Positions 35,576-37,081 of a stretch of 37,081 nucleotides of DNA are shown one piece after another. Where the stretch lies: NCBI GenBank assembly GCA_002780175.1, contig PEVT01000008.1, positions 1 to 37,081 on the forward strand, written 5' to 3'. Both the position numbers and the translations under genes were made by a program. Under the pieces are notes generated by a model that saw nothing but the letters and a program-made list of their open reading frames with translations, did not search any database and was not told where the DNA came from. The stretch's first letter is position 1; each line of letters opens with the position of its first letter. The stretch comes from Candidatus Moranbacteria bacterium CG06_land_8_20_14_3_00_40_12 (GTDB taxonomy: Bacteria; Patescibacteriota; Minisyncoccia; Moranbacterales; UBA2206).

Positions 35576-36808
35576 TTACTGATTTATATTTTTTAAATCC
35601 ACGACATTTTTCGTTGAACCTTGAGGCGTAGTCGGATATCCGGGCAATCTCCAGAGATCGGATTTGTTCGGAGCATTCGGCGGTAAATTTTTAACCGGAG
35701 CGGCGGGAGCAAAAGTTTTTTCTTCGGGCAATCTCCAGGGACTGGATTTGATCGGAGTATTCGGCGGCGGATTTTTAGCCGGAGCGGCCGCCGGAGTTTT
35801 TTCATTAGAGATTTTCCATAAATCCGATTTGTCCCGCGAAACGGGCTGGATGTCCCTGTTTTCAGCCGGAATTTTGACTGGCAAAGCGGGCGCGGCCGGC
35901 GCGAGGTTTTTTTCGTAAGGCATTTTCTGGCGGTAGGAAAACCGCAGGGCATTGATATTTTTTTGTTCTTCTTTGGGAACGGCCGCCGGACGAAATTGGT
36001 CAGTGAGATTTTTCGGCAAGTTGTTTTCATTAACGGGTTTGTCCGCCGAAGCTATGTTCCTGGCATTGCTGGTGGAAAAAACTACCTGTTTCATTCTCTT
36101 ATTAACGGCAATCGGGGAATTTTCATCGAAAGATTTGAGTAAATAAGATAATTTTTGCTTTTCCGGATCGGGTAAATTTTTGGCGTTGGCTCCCTGGAAA
36201 AGATATTGGGAACGAGCCATGGATTCGTGCTTTTCATAGCCCAGATTGAAAGTATAATCCGCCAGCCAATTCTTAATCGACGGCCGGACGGGATAAGGAA
36301 AATTCCGCAGACTGATTTTACTGGAAGTGACCAACTGTTCCCCCACTTCCGGATAAATCCGCAAAGCTTCGGAAAGCGGCAAATTTATTAAACTTGCTTG
36401 AGCGGCTTTTTCATAAGAATCGTCGTCAATAATCCGTTCTTTAATAACTTGAAAAATTTGCCTGGCTTTGGCTAAATCAATGTTCATTTCTTTGGCCAGC
36501 GTAAAAGGAAAATCTTCCAACTTCAACTCGCCGAAATAATAACTGCGAATGGCGCGAGAGATATCTGCTATTTGTAAAAGTTGTAAACCAAATTTTTCCC
36601 CAACTTCTAAAATTTTTGAACCTATTGCATATGAAAAAAACTTGTCTTTTATTTCCTCTGGTAATAAATTGATCTTCTCTAAAATATTTTCAAATTGGTC
36701 ATCCGTTTCATTATCTGGATTTTTTTCCGAAGAAACCAAGAAGAGTATAGAGCAACGGTTTATTTTTATTTTTTCATCAAGGTCGGAAAATTTTATTTTT
36801 TCTATCAT
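35576..36808 (-). CDS. Hypothetical protein with Pro-rich C-terminal repeats and an NVVDLK tail
   Basis: 410-aa ORF; about 2.3 copies of a 27-28-aa repeat (KSxxWxx...PAKNxPPNxP). Confidence 0.75.
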   Translation of the reverse strand: MIEKIKFSDLDEKIKINRCSILFLVSSEKNPDNETDDQFENILEKINLLPEEIKDKFFSYAIGSKILEVGEKFGLQLLQIADISRAIRSYYFGELKLEDFPFTLAKEMNIDLAKARQIFQVIKERIIDDDSYEKAAQASLINLPLSEALRIYPEVGEQLVTSSKISLRNFPYPVRPSIKNWLADYTFNLGYEKHESMARSQYLFQGANAKNLPDPEKQKLSYLLKSFDENSPIAVNKRMKQVVFSTSNARNIASADKPVNENNLPKNLTDQFRPAAVPKEEQKNINALRFSYRQKMPYEKNLAPAAPALPVKIPAENRDIQPVSRDKSDLWKISNEKTPAAAPAKNPPPNTPIKSSPWRLPEEKTFAPAAPVKNLPPNAPNKSDLWRLPGYPTTPQGSTKNVVDLKNINQ

Positions 36809-36816
36809 CTTTTTGT

Positions 36817-37080
36817 TTATATTATTCCACCACTTCTTAATGCGTTTATATTTTTTCTGTTATAACTTGATTGCCCCTTTGCTATATCTTTTTTGGCATC
36901 ATCAGCCAATCCGGCAAACATTCTTCTTGTTGCTCTTTTTATATCAGGCGTTGCTGTGTCCAAGATGTCACCCCAATATTGGCTCTTAATGTCTTCTGGG
37001 TTTAATTTTTTCATTTCATTTTCTGCTATTTTAGATTTTGCCATGTTATCGGTAATTGTGCTTAGTGGACGGCTAGTTTT
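36817..37080 (-). CDS. C-terminal part of a gene truncated by the window edge
   Basis: The frame stays open upstream of ATG 37044 to the window end (KTSRPLSTITDNMAK...). Confidence 0.6.
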   Translation of the reverse strand, partial: KTSRPLSTITDNMAKSKIAENEMKKLNPEDIKSQYWGDILDTATPDIKRATRRMFAGLADDAKKDIAKGQSSYNRKNINALRSGGII

Positions 37081-37081
37081 G

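Noticed and set aside
1-37081. Alternative genetic code (TGA read as Gly) as an explanation for the split genes
   Set aside because: TGA ends intact genes such as ruvB, dnaA and trxB; the lesions are frameshifts and a TAA.
25905-37081. Integrative conjugative element or prophage
   Set aside because: No integrase, relaxase, att site or phage genes in the window; this cannot be excluded beyond the right edge.

Overview
Chromosomal origin-of-replication region of a low-GC bacterium using the standard code (TGA is a stop). The gene set points to Patescibacteria/CPR (Parcubacteria-like); that assignment is an inference. From left to right: (1) a divergent promoter pair, each followed by a strongly structured RNA; (2) a + strand block with ruvB, a PH-domain membrane protein, a multi-lamin-tail surface protein, yebC and ruvC; (3) a peptide ligation/removal cluster made of a 7TM protein, an ATP-grasp ligase fused to a RimB-like DTG protease, a second ATP-grasp, a YdjC deacetylase and a DUF1704/MATCAP-like HExxxH peptidase, the last two both frameshifted at A9 tracts; (4) a class A PBP; (5) dnaA-dnaN-trxB-dciA, with oriC features around dnaA; (6) rpmH-rnpA-yidC-jag; (7) a surface-glycan module with a flippase, two GT2 enzymes and two O-antigen-ligase-family proteins; (8) a ~360-bp highly structured intergenic element; and (9) a - strand T4SS-like locus with PrgI, a VirB4 partner, VirB4, a degenerate CAAX protease, a large surface protein, a pilin fused to a Cys-rich M15-like peptidase and a beta-propeller protein. 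Nested palindromic mini-elements occur throughout: TGTCAT...ATGACA elements and CCTGCC...GGCAGG palindromes, two of which have entered coding sequence. No tRNA, rRNA, CRISPR array, transposase or integrase was recognised. Family calls are from motif recognition only; no database was searched.
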